Assembly: GCF_006345805.1 (NCBI RefSeq)
Contig: NC_043007.1
Location: forward strand, 69,254,001 to 69,318,000
Origin: Octopus sinensis
Taxonomy: Eukaryota
Length of the DNA: 64,000 nucleotides
Direction of reading: 5' to 3'
The notes below the pieces were generated by a model, which had not been told where the DNA came from, ran no database searches, and saw only the letters and a program-made list of their open reading frames with translations. Positions 24,637 to 38,446 of the stretch are shown piece by piece (positions within the stretch are counted from its first letter, which is position 1; every line of letters starts with the position of its first letter). The position numbers were made by a program, and so were the translations under genes.

Positions 24637-27314
24637 GGGGATGCAAATGCCTCAGAGACCTGTTCAGACGATTCCAACTGTCTGACAGGTACCGACTCGA
24701 CCACCCAAATGCACCAACGTGGACATGGAGCAACCGCAGTGGGTCGTCAAGATCGTATCTAGATAGGATACTGTGTAGGACAGTAGACAGGGATAACTTA
24801 GGATGTCCACAATTCCACACAGTCAGCTACACGGATCACAAATTCGTGACGTGTACGCTAGACTTAGATAAGGCACATAGACAGGGTCCTGGTTACTGGA
24901 AACTGAACGCATCTTTCCCGTCCAGACAGGTTTTCAGAGACAGAATCAACACTTTAGTAAAAAGGGCTTTAACGGGAGCCATTGTCAACAACAAATGGTG
25001 GTTCGCCCTCAAGAGAGCAGTAAGAGCGGAAGCAATTAGATATAGTAAGGCACTAACCGTAGATAGAAATAGAGTGGAGGGTGAGTTAGTTAAGAAGTTA
25101 GAAGAGGCAATAAGAAGCGGCATAACATCCGACGTTTTAGCGGCGAGGTTGGCCCTTGACCAACACTTCAACGCCAAACACGAAGGGTGTGCTGTCGGGG
25201 CTAGGATGCGTGCTCTAAGGATGGAAGATGTTGGAGCCGCGAAGGAGGCCCGGTTGGCGGAGGCGCAGCAGGGCAACAAAGCCACCATTCGGTCTCTGGT
25301 AAATGAACAAGGGCGCGAATTGCTCGAGCCCAGCAAGATGTGCGAGACATTTCAGCGGCACTTTGCCCGACTGTACGGGATGAGTGGCGAGCGTGAACGC
25401 AGGGTGGACTTCAGTGCCTACCTGCACAGCCTACCACGACTCTCGGCAAGAGAGGCAGAGTGCTGCGAAGGTGCCATCACGGCGGCGGATGTGCGGGACG
25501 CGATGGCAGAATGCTCGAGAGACAAATCGCCGGGTTTGGATGGTCTGACCTACGAGTTTTACAATTGTATGCCAAACTTGTTTGGAGAAGTCTTGGCAGC
25601 GGTATACTGCAACTGGCAGCAAAACGGGAGCATACCCGGTTTTGTGAGTCGAGGAGCCGTAACGCTGCTGAAGAAAGATCCAAACAAGGGGAACATTATA
25701 GATAACTTTAGACCAATCACTCTGCTCAATGCAGACCTGAAAATTTTGACCAAGGTGTTAGCCAAGAGGTTGGCGCTTGTCATCGAGAAACTGGTCGACA
25801 ACGCACAAACATGCGCCGTGCCGGGCCGGAGCATCTATGACAACCTCCATCTGATGCGCTACATCATAGACAGAGTAGTTAAGGAACCTGGCATGGGTGG
25901 GGCCCTGATCAACTTGGATCAATCGAAAGCCTTCGATAGAGTAGACCATCGATACTCGGAGGCAGTCCTGAGAGCGGCTGGTTTCGGTCCCGTCTTCCGC
26001 GGTTGGATAGCTGCCTTGTACAGAGGCATCCGTTCGGTAATTCGCGTAAATGGACATCTATGGAGACCTTTCGACATTGCACGTTCGGTCCGTCAGGGAT
26101 GCCCCCTCTCGGCGCTTCTATACGTATTGACTTTCGAGCCACTACTGCGGAAGCTGGCGACTCTGAGGGGCATCCCGCGAGAATTGGGATGCGGGACGAG
26201 CGTGTCTGCATACGCGGACGACGTCACCGTCATAGTGTCAAGCCATGAGCACATCGAGCTGGTTGGCGAGACACTGAAAGACTACGAAGCGGTGACAGGA
26301 GCAAAAATCAACCGGGAAAAGTCAGTGGGCTTGCGGCTTGGCACCTGGAGAAGCAAGCCCATGCCATCCACCAGTACCTCCGTTGTGGGACGCTCGACGG
26401 ACGGCCCGGTTGAGTTGCTCGGGGTCTGGTTCGGTCCGGACCTCCAAATGGAGAAGAACTGGAACGAGATAACGAGTAGGGTGGTCACTCTCGGCCGAAT
26501 GCCGGCCGAGAGGAAACTGTCCCTAAAAGGTCGGGCGGTGGTGGCGAACACGTACATTGCGTTCATCATCTACTACCGCCTGACCGTCGTACCTTGTCCC
26601 GACCCTACCATCACCAAACTAGAACGCATTCTCTTCCGCTTCTTGTGGAAAGGATGCGTCCCGATGGTCAGGCGATCCATTTGCTGTTAACACCCGTTAA
26701 AAGGAGGGCTGGGCATGCCGTGGTTGATGATGCGCAAACACGCGCTGAGACTGCGATATCTCCGGCTCTATGTAGACGACGGTGAACAGGTGTGGTCGCC
26801 GTTTGTGAGGCACACGTTCCCGCAGCTCGTCTCCATGACCGAACTGCAGTCGTGGATCAAAAAGAGGCTGAGGAAGAGGGAATGGCACCGCGAGTGTCGC
26901 GTTGCTCTCAAGCAACTCTGCCGTCCCGGGTCGACCTTGAGTGACTTCAACACAACCAAAGCATTCTATAGGGGATTAGTGGAGGGGAGGTACGACGACG
27001 ATCTTGGGGCAAACCTGGGCGTCGACGAGGAATACCTGACCCGCCTGTTTGAAACGACTTTCGGGCCGGGACCTATGGACAACTTCCAGAGATCCCTGGC
27101 CTGGCGGTGCTACCGAGAAGCGCTACCCGTTCGGGATAAGCTCTATAGGCATGACTCGAGAAACACGGGGCCGACCTGCCCGAGATGCGGGCAGAGCGAC
27201 GAAACCGCTCTGCACGCAATCGTGCAGTGTCCAACAATCTCCGACCTGGGGCTTATGTCGAACGACTGCTGTCACGTGTGGGACGTGTCGTTTTATCGCC
27301 GAGTCTATCGTTAG
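24637..27314 (+). pseudogene. LINE ORF2: APE endonuclease C-terminus, reverse transcriptase, CCHC knuckle
   Basis: TWTWSN...RSYLDRI (APE end), YWKLN, KSPGLDG, NFRPITLLNADLKI, LDQSKAFDRVDH, RQGCPLS (26091), YADD (26211-26222), one in-frame TAA at 26688-26690 with same-frame continuation, CPRC..ETALHAIVQC (27177-27230). The first 87 aa of the supplied ORF are microsatellite. Confidence 0.92.
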
Positions 27315-27930
27315 TACCGTCACGCCTCCTTCCTTCAAACGGGAAGGAAGAGCTATTTTTATCATACTTGTGACTATGGCGAAAAATTTATCTGGTGGAC
27401 GCGCCTGAAAGGATTAGAGACAAACACTTCCTCTCTGGTCAATCTCTCATCAACTTCTTCAAGTATCACTTGAAGAGGAAGTGAGAGTAGAGAGGCAAGT
27501 TTTGTCTAGTGAATGTTTTAAAAAATGGTGAATGTAGCAAGATGGCACGTATGAATGACAAGCCACCTTGACTATGATTCTATGAACCGTAAAAATTAAT
27601 ACAGAGAGGTTTTTTATTTGCAAAAAAAAGAAATATAACATGTGACTTCATTGACCGAGGCTACCGTGGTCTTTTCATAGGCTTTTTCTTTCCACGGTAA
27701 ACCTCACCTGTCCTCCCCTTTACACTTCATATTGACATTTCTGTGATAACGATCCCTATTGATCAATTATTTTTCCTTTCCCTTCTCCCCTTTTTTTTAT
27801 CCCCCCCTTTTTTGTCCTCTCTCTTTCCTTTTACGATCCCTTTTGATCGAAAACCAAACCCCCTTTTTTTACCCCCAAAAGAAAAGCTCTACCTTGTAAT
27901 TTGTCCTGCCCTGTATGGCTAATAAAAAAC
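24637..27930 (+). mobile_element. 5'-truncated Tx1/L1-type LINE flanked on both sides by (TATC)n
   Basis: GC-rich block starting directly after (TATC)n at 24637; ORF2 homology; pyrimidine-rich 3' UTR; AATAAA at 27921-27926 followed almost immediately by (TATC)n (27932-28016). Confidence 0.9.
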
Positions 27931-27931
27931 A

Positions 27932-28016
<85 letters not shown>

Positions 28017-28176
28017 GTCTATCTGTGTGTGCGTGTGTGTGAATGGGCTTATGTATATATATATACGTATGCATGTATGTGTTTAATTGTGTATGAATTA
28101 TTCTCATTTTTTCTTCCACACTTCACTCACTAAAATGCATATCCTTATATGTACTGTGTGCGTATGTATATATACT

Positions 28177-28420
28177 TTTCTTTTATTTGTTTTAATCATT
28201 TAACTGCGGCCATGCTGGAGCACCGCTTTTAATCGAGCAAATCGCCGCACCCCAGGACCCCGCACGAGCATGATGTTGTTTGGCGGGGGTGGGAGTGACA
28301 AACACAGACACACAAGCACACACTCATATACACACAGAGATATGTCTATGTGTATGTATGTATATATATATATATATGCCCCAGCATGGCCACAGCTCAA
28401 GAGCTGAAACTGGAAAACAT
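28177..28420. mobile_element. Rearranged SINE family A fragments (minus tail/body and plus tail)
   Basis: CTGCGGCCATGCTGGAGCACCGC at about 28204 and CCCAGCATGGCCACAGC at 28380. Confidence 0.65.
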
Positions 28421-28436
28421 AAACATAAAAATATAT

Positions 28437-28554
<118 letters not shown>

Positions 28555-29331
28555 CTCTAGTTTTTTTCATTCGCAAAATATGAATTTTTTAAAAGACAGT
28601 AAAAAATTTGAAAATTGGTTATAATTTCAAATATCTGTATCACCCACAGTTTCTCTGATTCATGATATCCCTCTCAGTTCCTGTTACGTGAGATAAATTT
28701 CATCTAAGCTGTTGAAATGTGAAGCTAACGGTATAAGAAATACTCCTAATTTAAATTTTTATGAGCAGAATTAATCTAGTGAAATCATAAATCTAGCTTT
28801 CTGAGTCAATGAGTCCCAAAAATATATGAAATAAAAATCGGCAAAAATCCTAACACACAGAAAAAAGCACAGAAAAATACTAACACTCAGAAGTAATATA
28901 CTAACACACAGAAAAATTAAAACAAAACACGCAGGTGAAAAGAATCTCGTGGTGTGAAGAATTAAGTGGGTAAAATTAACATAGACAACAGCAGCACAGA
29001 CAACTGTAACCCACAACACAGCGTGTTGTTTTCATGGTAACATGCTGCTAACGCCACGCTGTCTGTTGATTCGCTTCGCTAAACTTATCCAAGTTTCCCA
29101 ACTTCAATGCCAAATAACATCAGATTCTTAAATTTACGAGATTAAGTAATTGGTTGATCCTAATAAAAATTCAGAGTTGCATCGATACATCGAAATTTAA
29201 TGCAATCTGAGCAAAATTAAACGGGGTGAGGCTCATTTTGCGAATGAGAAAGACCAGCAATTGAAATATGTGACAAACATATTTCAACTAAACTAAATTG
29301 TGATTATACGTAAAAACTACTTAGCGCATTT

Positions 29332-29369
<38 letters not shown>

Positions 29370-29427
29370 TATATTATATATATATATATTATATATATAT
29401 ATATATTATATATATATATATTTAGTA

Positions 29428-30797
29428 TATCTAAGAATGGTGTTTTATACTCTGGAATGAAAACACAGATAAACTCCTAAAATTCGAAAACCTATTGAAC
29501 AGCATCAACCCCAATATACAGTTCACAATGGAATACAAACCAAAGGAGCTTCCATTCTTAGATATACTACTTAAAAAAATTAACCTTAAAATAGAACAGA
29601 CATTTTTTACAAAGCCACAGACGCTAAACAATACCTACTTTTTGATTCATGCCACCCAAGACACACTAAAACAACATCCCTTTCAACCTTGCAAGAAGGA
29701 TATGCACAATAGTGTCAGAACAAAATACCAGAACTTTAGACTACAAGAACTCAAAAACACCTTAATTGACAGACACTACCCAGCTCAACTCATAGAGGAT
29801 GGGATCAGACGTGCAACAGAAATCGACATAGAAACTTTGAGAAAAGTTCAACACAACAACAACACACACTTCCCCGAAATATACTGCCTTACATATCCAC
29901 ATACACACCCCAGAAACAAAGAAACCTTCTCCATCATCACCAGAATTTACCAATACTTCATAAGGACCCCAAATTAAAGGAAATTTTAAACATACATAAA
30001 ATCATTAAAAGCTACAAACAACCTAAATCACTTAAAAAGATTCTCACAAAGGCAAAATTATTTTCTGAAATTACGGATACAAAAGTAAAAAAATGTGGTA
30101 GACCAAACTGCGCAACATGCCCAAACCTTCTAGAAGGATCAGAATTCCTCTTCAAAGGTCACAAAAATTCAAGATCAAATCTAATTTTACTTGTGCTTCT
30201 GAAAACATAATTTATGTCATAAGATGCTCGGGGTGCCTCCAAAACTACGTGAGGTCCACGGGACTATCACTCAGACGTAGATGCACACTGCATCGACAAC
30301 AGATTGCATTCCCAGAATACAGAATGATACCCTTTAGTGAGCATATTGAGAAATGCGCAAAGCAACTACTACCACAATTTTTAATCTTTCCATTTTATCA
30401 ATGTGCTATTGGAACACCAACACAAATTAGACTAAACAACGAAACATTCTTCATTGAAAAATATAAGCCCAAACTTAACCACTCTAACATTCGTATACAG
30501 AGAAACTCACACCATTAAATAAAAGGGACAAGAAATATAAAGCGATTATCTCCCTTACACCGGAAGAAATCACTTATTACCTCCCCTTACCTGGAACTCT
30601 TCTTTACACTTCATAACGAAGACATAACACGATGTTTTGAGAAATTTGAAAAGTTAACACGAAACCGGTAATTTCTTCAAAAACTATGTCACTGTATGAA
30701 AAAATTTTATAACATTCTTCTGACATAATGACTCAAATATATTTTTTAACCTTTTAAAACAAGCCTTCTGTAGTTTTTTCACTTTTTACTATTTTCT
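29428..30797 (+). mobile_element. 5'-truncated Penelope-like element (RT C-terminus + GIY-YIG endonuclease)
   Basis: CFILW (after a decayed YxDD)...LNSINPNIQFTME...LPFLD...YLLFDSCHP...CGRPNCATC...FTCASENIIYVIRCSGCLQNYVRSTG...KYKPKLN, with several frameshifts; (TA)n tracts on both sides. Confidence 0.88.
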
Positions 30798-30808
30798 ATA
30801 TATATATA

Positions 30809-31231
30809 GGCGCAGGAGTGGCTGTGTGGTAAGTAGCTTGCTTACCAACCACATGGTTCCGGGTTCAGTCTCACTGCGTGGCACCTTGGGCAAGTGTCTT
30901 CTGCTATAGCCTCGGGCCGACCAAAGCCTTGTGAGTGGATTTGGTAGACGGAAACCGAAAGAAGCCCGTCGTATGTATGTACATATATATATATAATATA
31001 TGTGTGCGTGTATGTTTGTGTGTCTGTGTTTGTCCCCCTAGCATTGCTTGACAACCGATGCTGGTGTGTTTACTTCCCCGTCACTTAGCGGTTCAGCAAA
31101 AGAGACCGATAGAATAAGTACTGGGCTTACAAAGAATAAGTCCCGGGGTCCAGTTGCTCGACTAAAGGCGGTGCTCCAGCATGGCCGCAGTCAACGGACT
31201 GAAACAAGTAAAAGAGTAAAAGAGTAAAGAG
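30809..31231 (+). mobile_element. SINE family A (low divergence)
   Basis: Full-length with an (AAAGAGT)n tail. Confidence 0.92.
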
Positions 31232-31841
31232 TATATAAATAAGGATGAGATCGTTAATCTAAATATCGATCTTATCAAGTGGGCAGCATGGGAATAAAAA
31301 CCTTCAAAGGTAATAATTATTATTAAAATTATGATTTAGGGTATCTAAGAGATACCTCCACGCTGGAAATAGCAGCCAAAACTGAACTCTAAAACCACAT
31401 TAAATGAACATTTATACCCTAAATTATAATTTTAAATGGAAAACTCCGAGTAACAGCTTTTGTTACATTTCTGCTGCTTTTAAATAAAGTATATATATAT
31501 ATATATATATATCCATTATTGCTTTTGTATTTCACGTTTTTGTATTTCATTATTGTTTTTTGTTTTTTATATTCGTGTGGCACCGTCCGTTTTGCTGTCC
31601 CTTTTGTATTCGATCCTTCTTCCAGGAAATCTACGCTCCTAGCTTAGTTTTTCTAATGCTCGTTGCTTAGTTTTTCCTGGAGGGCTGGCCGGTTCTAGTA
31701 ATCTCAAGATTAATCAGCCGAAATTACTACGATGATCCGGTTCTTGACTGAAGACTGAGGGCTTCGAATGTCCTGTCTGTGTTTGTTGTATCGTCTTCTA
31801 AGTTTTTATGCGCTCTTGTCTCAGTTTGTATTTTTCTACAT

Positions 31842-31891
<50 letters not shown>

Positions 31892-32110
31892 ATATATATA
31901 CCATATACACATCATAAATATTATATATATGTATATATATATACATATAGATATATACACACACACACACACATACACACACACATATATACATATGCAA
32001 ATGTTTTGAAATATCTTTCTCGTTTTACGCCCGTTTTTTTTTTTTTAGTTAGGTCGCATATCTTCGAACCAATCATAAACGTAGGTACATACATGTAATA
32101 TATTATTTTA

Positions 32111-32489
32111 TTCTCTTACTTGTTTTAGTCATTTGACTTCGGCCATGCTGGAGCTCCGCCTTTACTTGAACAAATCGATCCCAGGACTTATTCTTTGTAA
32201 GTCTTGTACTTATTCTATCGGTTTCTTTCGCCGAACCGCTAATTTACGGGGACGTAAACACACCAATATCGGTTATCAAGCGATGGTGGGATGACAAACA
32301 CAGAAATCCAAACATATACACACATACGACGGGCTTCTTTCTGTTTCCGTCTATCAAACCCACTCACAATGCCTTGGCTGGCCCGAGGCTATAGAAGAAG
32401 ACTCTTGCCCAAGGTGCCACGCAGTGGGACTGAAGCAAGAACTATATGGTTGGGAAGCAAGCTTTTTACCGCACAGCCATAGCTGCGCC
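32111..32489 (-). mobile_element. SINE family A
   Basis: Full-length diverged copy. Confidence 0.85.
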
Positions 32490-32789
32490 GTTATGTGTGT
32501 GTGTGTGTGCGTGTGTGTGTGCGTGTGTGTGTTTGTGTGTATGTGTGTGTGTGCACGAGAAGTCAAAAATTATCAGCACTTTCGCTATAGCATATCTTTA
32601 TTATTGTCACACAGCCTTCTGCACATGTGTACTTATCGTTGGTACTTGATCGAAGTTTGGTCATTTGATCGAAGTTCACTTAATCGAAGTTTGAGCCTGA
32701 TCGCGCCATTTTTCCTTCTGATTCTACAGTGTAATCACGGCCACAATGTGCAGAAAAAAAAAGCAAAGAGCAGTGATCCGGAAGGTGTG

Positions 32790-32981
32790 CCAGGTTCTGA
32801 AAATCATCCACGATGAGCTGCACTTTCGTAAAGTCTGTGCAAGATGGGTGCTGAGTGAGTTACTCCAGAGCACAAGCGCAAACGTCTTAAGGTCTGTAAT
32901 GTTTACTTGACCGCTACAGCAATGAGGGTGAGGAATTTTTGAGCCGAATAGTCACAGGAGATAAAACGAAAGTCCATCATA
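32790..32981 (+). pseudogene. Mariner transposase fragment
   Basis: KIIHDELHFRKVCARWVL...EHKRKRLKVC...RYSNEGEEFLSRIVTGDKTKVHH (WVP and first-D motifs, frameshifted). Confidence 0.75.
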
Positions 32982-33124
32982 GGATATGTAGCCTACAACG
33001 GCGAGGTCTATAGTTCAGGACTGAGTGTTATACAATCTATGGAAACGGGGATAAGCCCCTATTTCAATAAGTCTACGCTTTTGAATTTGAATTTAACAGA
33101 GATTTCTATAGTAGTATAAACTAG

Positions 33125-33144
33125 ACATATAGATAGATAGATAA

Positions 33145-33186
<42 letters not shown>

Positions 33187-33234
33187 GATGGATGGATGGA
33201 CAGACAGACAGACAGACAGATAGACAGACAGATA

Positions 33235-33312
<78 letters not shown>
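33125..33312. repeat. (GATA)n/(GACA)n microsatellite
   Basis: Direct reading. Confidence 0.9.
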
Positions 33313-33314
<2 letters not shown>

Positions 33315-33924
33315 GGCGATGGCTGGTCAGTTTTACGAGATAGCAACTGGAGCATTTACAAATAACAACCATGTGAACTAATAATTATAGGTACCAATGT
33401 GGATGTGTAATCTTTACAGAGGATCTGTAAACTTGGAAGCAGCTGTCCGTAAATATTCTCTTTGTCAATGATTTTGAAAAAATATAAGTGCTCACATCTA
33501 CAGGACTGCTGACCTCTATAGCTGTACAGAATTTTTTCTTTTCAGTCCTAAACAGCTACATCAAGCTTGTTATGTTTACAATTGACAGAAGTTTTGATGT
33601 ATATGCTCGCGCGCGTGTGTGCGTGCATGGGTTATAATTATTTTGTTTGCATGACTTTTTACCGACTCTTTCGCTTAATGTCTTCTAAGGTCTCTTCATT
33701 TATATCTTTGTTGCTCTCTATTTTTTCTTTCATTGAAATGATTGACCTTGTCTAAGGACGTACTTTTCTTCCACTTATTTTCAATATTTTTCTCGTTTTC
33801 TTTTCTTTTTTCTTTTTTGCAATCTATTTTCATCTATATGTATCTCTATGCATGTATTTATTTATTTGTATACGTATGTGAGTTCGTTCTTGCACACACA
33901 CACTCACATGCACACACACAATAC

Positions 33925-34085
33925 GCACCAACAAACCAGAGACCCTGAAGGAGGACATCAATAGTGAAATCAGAGAAGTGGGGGTTGAAACTCTTGAGGG
34001 TGTATTGGTGCAAGATTTGGAAAGAGCACGGGCGTGCGAAGCCAAAAATGGCTGCCATTTAAGCGATATCATTTTTCATATGTTT
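33925..34085 (+). pseudogene. Tc1/mariner (rosa-like) transposase C-terminal fragment
   Basis: TNKPETLKEDINSEIREVGVETLEGVLVQDLERARACEAKNGCHLSDIIFH matches the typical NKP.TL...I..EI......R...C....G.HL..IIF end. Confidence 0.6.
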
Positions 34086-34709
34086 TGCAGTGGTGTTGCA
34101 AATTTGACTTATGCATATTAATCTCCATTATGTCCTTTATATTGAATCAAAATTTTATGCATTTATTTGTAAAGTTAAGGGAGTTATTAAAAATTGAAAC
34201 CCATCAGTTATATACACTGGTTATATACACTGGTAATGTAATCTAAGGATGTATATTAAGTTCATTTTATAATCTAATATCGGTTCAACAGTTAATTGTT
34301 CCCTAACCTGCAAGAAACTGAGTGTTCTAAGGGTATAAAATTTTACTGGAAAAATCAAAATCTATTAAGACACCCCATTCAATATACAACCTTCGCTACA
34401 TGCTTCTAGACTTCAAGCTATTACGTTAATTACACAGTCATTACTTCTATTGCCCTTATTACTTTTTCATTTAAATATATTTATTATTAAGTCAACGTCC
34501 TGTGTTTCCTAATATTTGTCTCTAATGAATTAAGAAATTTTTTCTACGTTAATGTTTTCACTCCTAAGTTAAATCTTGTCCTCTCTCCTATCCACAGTTT
34601 ACTTCGTATTTTCCGTCGTTCCCGCCCGCCAACATTTTTTTTATATTTCCATTCTCCATCCTACGCTTGTCACACCAGACTTGTCTCTCTATACAAATTT
34701 TTTATCGTT

Positions 34710-34906
34710 TACATTTTACTTGTTTCAGTTATTAGACTGCAGCCATGTTATTAGACTGCCTTCAAGAATCTTAGTTGAAGAAATCGACCCCATTAATTAT
34801 TGTTTTATAAAGCTTGGTACTTGTTCTGTCGGTCTCTTTTGCCGAATCGCTATGATACAGGGACGTAAACACACGAACATCGGTTGTCAAGCGGTGGTGG
34901 ACTACA

Positions 34907-34978
<72 letters not shown>

Positions 34979-35105
34979 GACGGGCTTCTTTCAGTTCCTG
35001 GTCACCAAATCTACTGACAAGGCTTACCGAAGGTACCGTGCAGTCGGACTGAACCCGGCATCATGTAGTTGGGAAGAAACGTTCTTACGACATGCTCACG
35101 CCCGC
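34710..35105 (-). mobile_element. SINE family A (diverged)
   Basis: Family A tail, body and head with an internal (CA)n tract. Confidence 0.8.
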
Positions 35106-35363
35106 GTATATTTTCCGAATAAAATCAGTTTAAAGCGATATTTATTGATGGAAAACTTAATTCTGTTTTTCTCTACCTTTCTGTCTTTGATTAATTTCTT
35201 GAAAAATATTTTCCGTACATTATTTTTGTAACTACATTTTCCCTTAGAAGACTGATAGAAATATATCACTTTCGTTATGAAGATATAAGATTAATTTACG
35301 GCGCTTTCTATGTCTTACTCCCTTTATTTGATAACGTGTATCAGTGATTCCACTACCCCTTCA

Positions 35364-35780
35364 TACATACATACATACATACATACATACATACATACAT
35401 ACATACAAACATACATACATACATACATACAAATATGTACGTATATATATATATGCATATATATACATACATATATACATATACATATATATACCTATAT
35501 ACATATATGTATATATATTTATATATACATACATGCATATACACACACATATATATACACACATGCATATATATATATATATATATATACATATATATAC
35601 ATACATGCATATATACATATACATACATGCATATATACATATACATACATATATATACACATATATACATACATGCATATATATATATACACATGCATAT
35701 ATATATATACATACATGCATATATATATATTATATATATATATATATATAATATATATATATATATATACATATATATAT
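35364..35780. repeat. Compound (TACA)n/(TA)n degenerate microsatellite
   Basis: Direct reading; source of multiple spurious ORFs. Confidence 0.9.
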
Positions 35781-35820
35781 AAACGCATACACACAGAGGA
35801 ATAAAGATAAATATATATTA

Positions 35821-37011
35821 TAAGGTCAGCTGTAAAGTTCATAGGATGACCAAGATACTTCCATGAAATGTGGCCAATTGAGGCTTACATTTCAACATGG
35901 TCCCCCTTGTGGTCCATATACTTCTTCCATCAGTGTAGCAGTGCTTGGTTCTCATTGGTGATGAAACTTTCATCCTTTTGGACAGAAAAGTCATCAATAG
36001 TAGGCATGTCATCATCACTGCGATACTGATTCTCAATGAAGTGTTTTTTGTATTTTTTTTTCATATTGAAGAAGACAGTCAGATAGGCAGATTGGGCCAA
36101 ATCAGATGAATAGGCACGATGACGACCCAGTTCAAATCCACGGTCATGCACATCAACCAATGAAACTAAGGACTTGTGTGCTGGAGTATTGCCCTGATGA
36201 AACAAGAACCATTTCGTCAGATTTCCTGGGCGTTTGGCCTTACTAGCCTTTCGTAACTACCTCAGCCTTTCATAATTGGCATAGTACTCTCTGTTGATGG
36301 CGTGGCTGTTTTGAAGATAGTCAATAAACGCAATGCCTTTTGCATCCCTAAAAACTTTTTTAAAAAAACTAAGGCTTTCGACTTCCCTGCATATGAAACG
36401 GCTCTGGTCTTCTTTGGAGCAGGTGAGGAGGGGATGTTTCCACTGCATGGATTGTCACTTTATCTCTGATTCAATGTGATGGAGCCAGTAATTATTCTGG
36501 GTTAGGAAACGTTCAAGTAAACTAGCTGGATCTGCCTCAAACAGTGTCAGATTTTCCCGTGATGTGATCAGTCTGGTGCCCTATATGTCGCACCCATCGA
36601 ATAAAAACCTTCATCCTTGCCAAACTCGTTGTGCATAATATTCTCAACACTCTCACAGAATGACGCTAATAGCATTGGCTATTTGATTTATAATCAGTTG
36701 CCTGTTTTGCATCATCATATTTTGCCCTGTTGATAAAACTGGAGCATCATCCTCAAATGTAGGAACCCTGTCAGCATAAATGTACTTTGGGGCTAAAGCC
36801 ATTTCCTGCAGGTAGTTGATGACACCACGATGTCAAATTTGTCCATTTCCAAGAGAAGTCGCTACTAGTTAAACAGTTAGATGCCTTCCTGAAAAGAAAC
36901 AATGCATTTACTAATAAGAAGAGTAAAAATTAATAGAAAATAATGCATGCAAAATTTCACATCTCTAGCATCACTTCATAGTCAGCCTATGAACTTTTCA
37001 GCTCATCCTCG
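35821..37011 (-). mobile_element. Decayed mariner (DD34D) with both TIRs
   Basis: TIRs TAAGGTCAGCTGTAAAGTTCATAGGATGAC and GTCAGCCTATGAACTTTTCAGCTCATCCTCG, TA-flanked; minus-strand motifs QSMQWKH, RDAKGIAFIDYL, HQGNTPAH, HRAYSSDLAQS. Confidence 0.85.
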
Positions 37012-37053
37012 TATATAATTACACGCACACACACATATACAGATACAACCAAA

Positions 37054-37120
<67 letters not shown>

Positions 37121-37254
37121 GTATGTGTCTTTATTCATTGACAATGTATATAAATTAACAATTAGTCTTACTCGATATGTATGACTTTGTAAGCACTTCA
37201 AATCGTAATTAAATGCCAAGTATATTAACATGCTAGACACGGGAAAATATAAAT

Positions 37255-37436
37255 TCATCCATCCGTCCATCCATCCATCCATCCATCCATCCATCCATCA
37301 TCCATCCATCAATTCATCCATCCATCCATCCATCCATTCATCCATCCATCCATCCATCCATCCATCAATTCATCCATCCATCCACCCATCCATCCATCTA
37401 TGTTTAAAGGCGTACATATATACTTACATACTTTTA

Positions 37437-37515
<79 letters not shown>

Positions 37516-37830
37516 TTACATACTTTTAGACATATATACATACATGTATATACTGACATAGTTTTAGAAATTTAAACATACTTATATACGTATACATACA
37601 CATGCATACATACATACACACATACTTGTATAGTTAACAACATACATACATACATACGTGCATACATGCATACATACATACACATACATACATACATACA
37701 TACATACATACGTGCATACACACATACATACATACATACATACAACATACATACATGCATACATACATACATACATACATACATACTACAAACATACATA
37801 CATACATACATACATACATACATACATACA

Positions 37831-37861
<31 letters not shown>

Positions 37862-37862
37862 C
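37255..37862. repeat. (CATC)n, (CA)n, (TA)n and (TACA)n microsatellite cluster
   Basis: Direct reading. Confidence 0.9.
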
Positions 37863-38174
37863 TACAGTCTTATATAGATGTATATTTTACAGGTGGGTGT
37901 ACAAGTGTACACGGCAGGATTGTCAATTAACATAACCGTGTAAATAGCATAATAGATGAGGAGGAGGGTGGCAACCGGTTGATTTATTGTTTTTTTAACA
38001 GATCTATGACAAAGCTAGCTGGCTTGGACTTAGTGTTAAAATCCATCCATCACAGCTAATGTCCATTATGTCCAGCGTCTATCATCTCAAGTTGACCCCT
38101 GCTGGCCAAATGTGTAAAATGTCTCCAGAGATGAGAGACTCTCATATAAGTGTAGTTAGTTATTTTTTGTGCTT

Positions 38175-38321
38175 ATATTATTACTATTTCTGTTGTTATT
38201 ATTATTGTTATCATCATCATCATCGTCGTCGTCGTCGTGGTCATCGTCGTCGTCGTCGTCGTCATCGATACCATCACCACCACCACCACCACCACCACCA
38301 CCACCACCTCCACCACCATCG

Positions 38322-38364
<43 letters not shown>

Positions 38365-38392
38365 TATCATCATCATCATTATTGTTTATCAC

Positions 38393-38446
<54 letters not shown>

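Noticed and set aside
28845-28920. Three CTAACAC(A/T)CAGAA repeats
   Set aside because: Short degenerate minisatellite with no further structure.
31329-31431. 17-bp inverted repeat ATTATGATTTAGGGTAT / ATACCCTAAATTATAAT
   Set aside because: It is too short and AT-rich to define an element without other copies.
35310-35842. Overlapping YI/HT/MYV-rich ORFs on both strands (also at 18.9, 37.6, 45.9, 51.3 and 58 kb)
   Set aside because: They are stop-free frames of (TA)n, (TACA)n, (CA)n and (TATC)n repeats.
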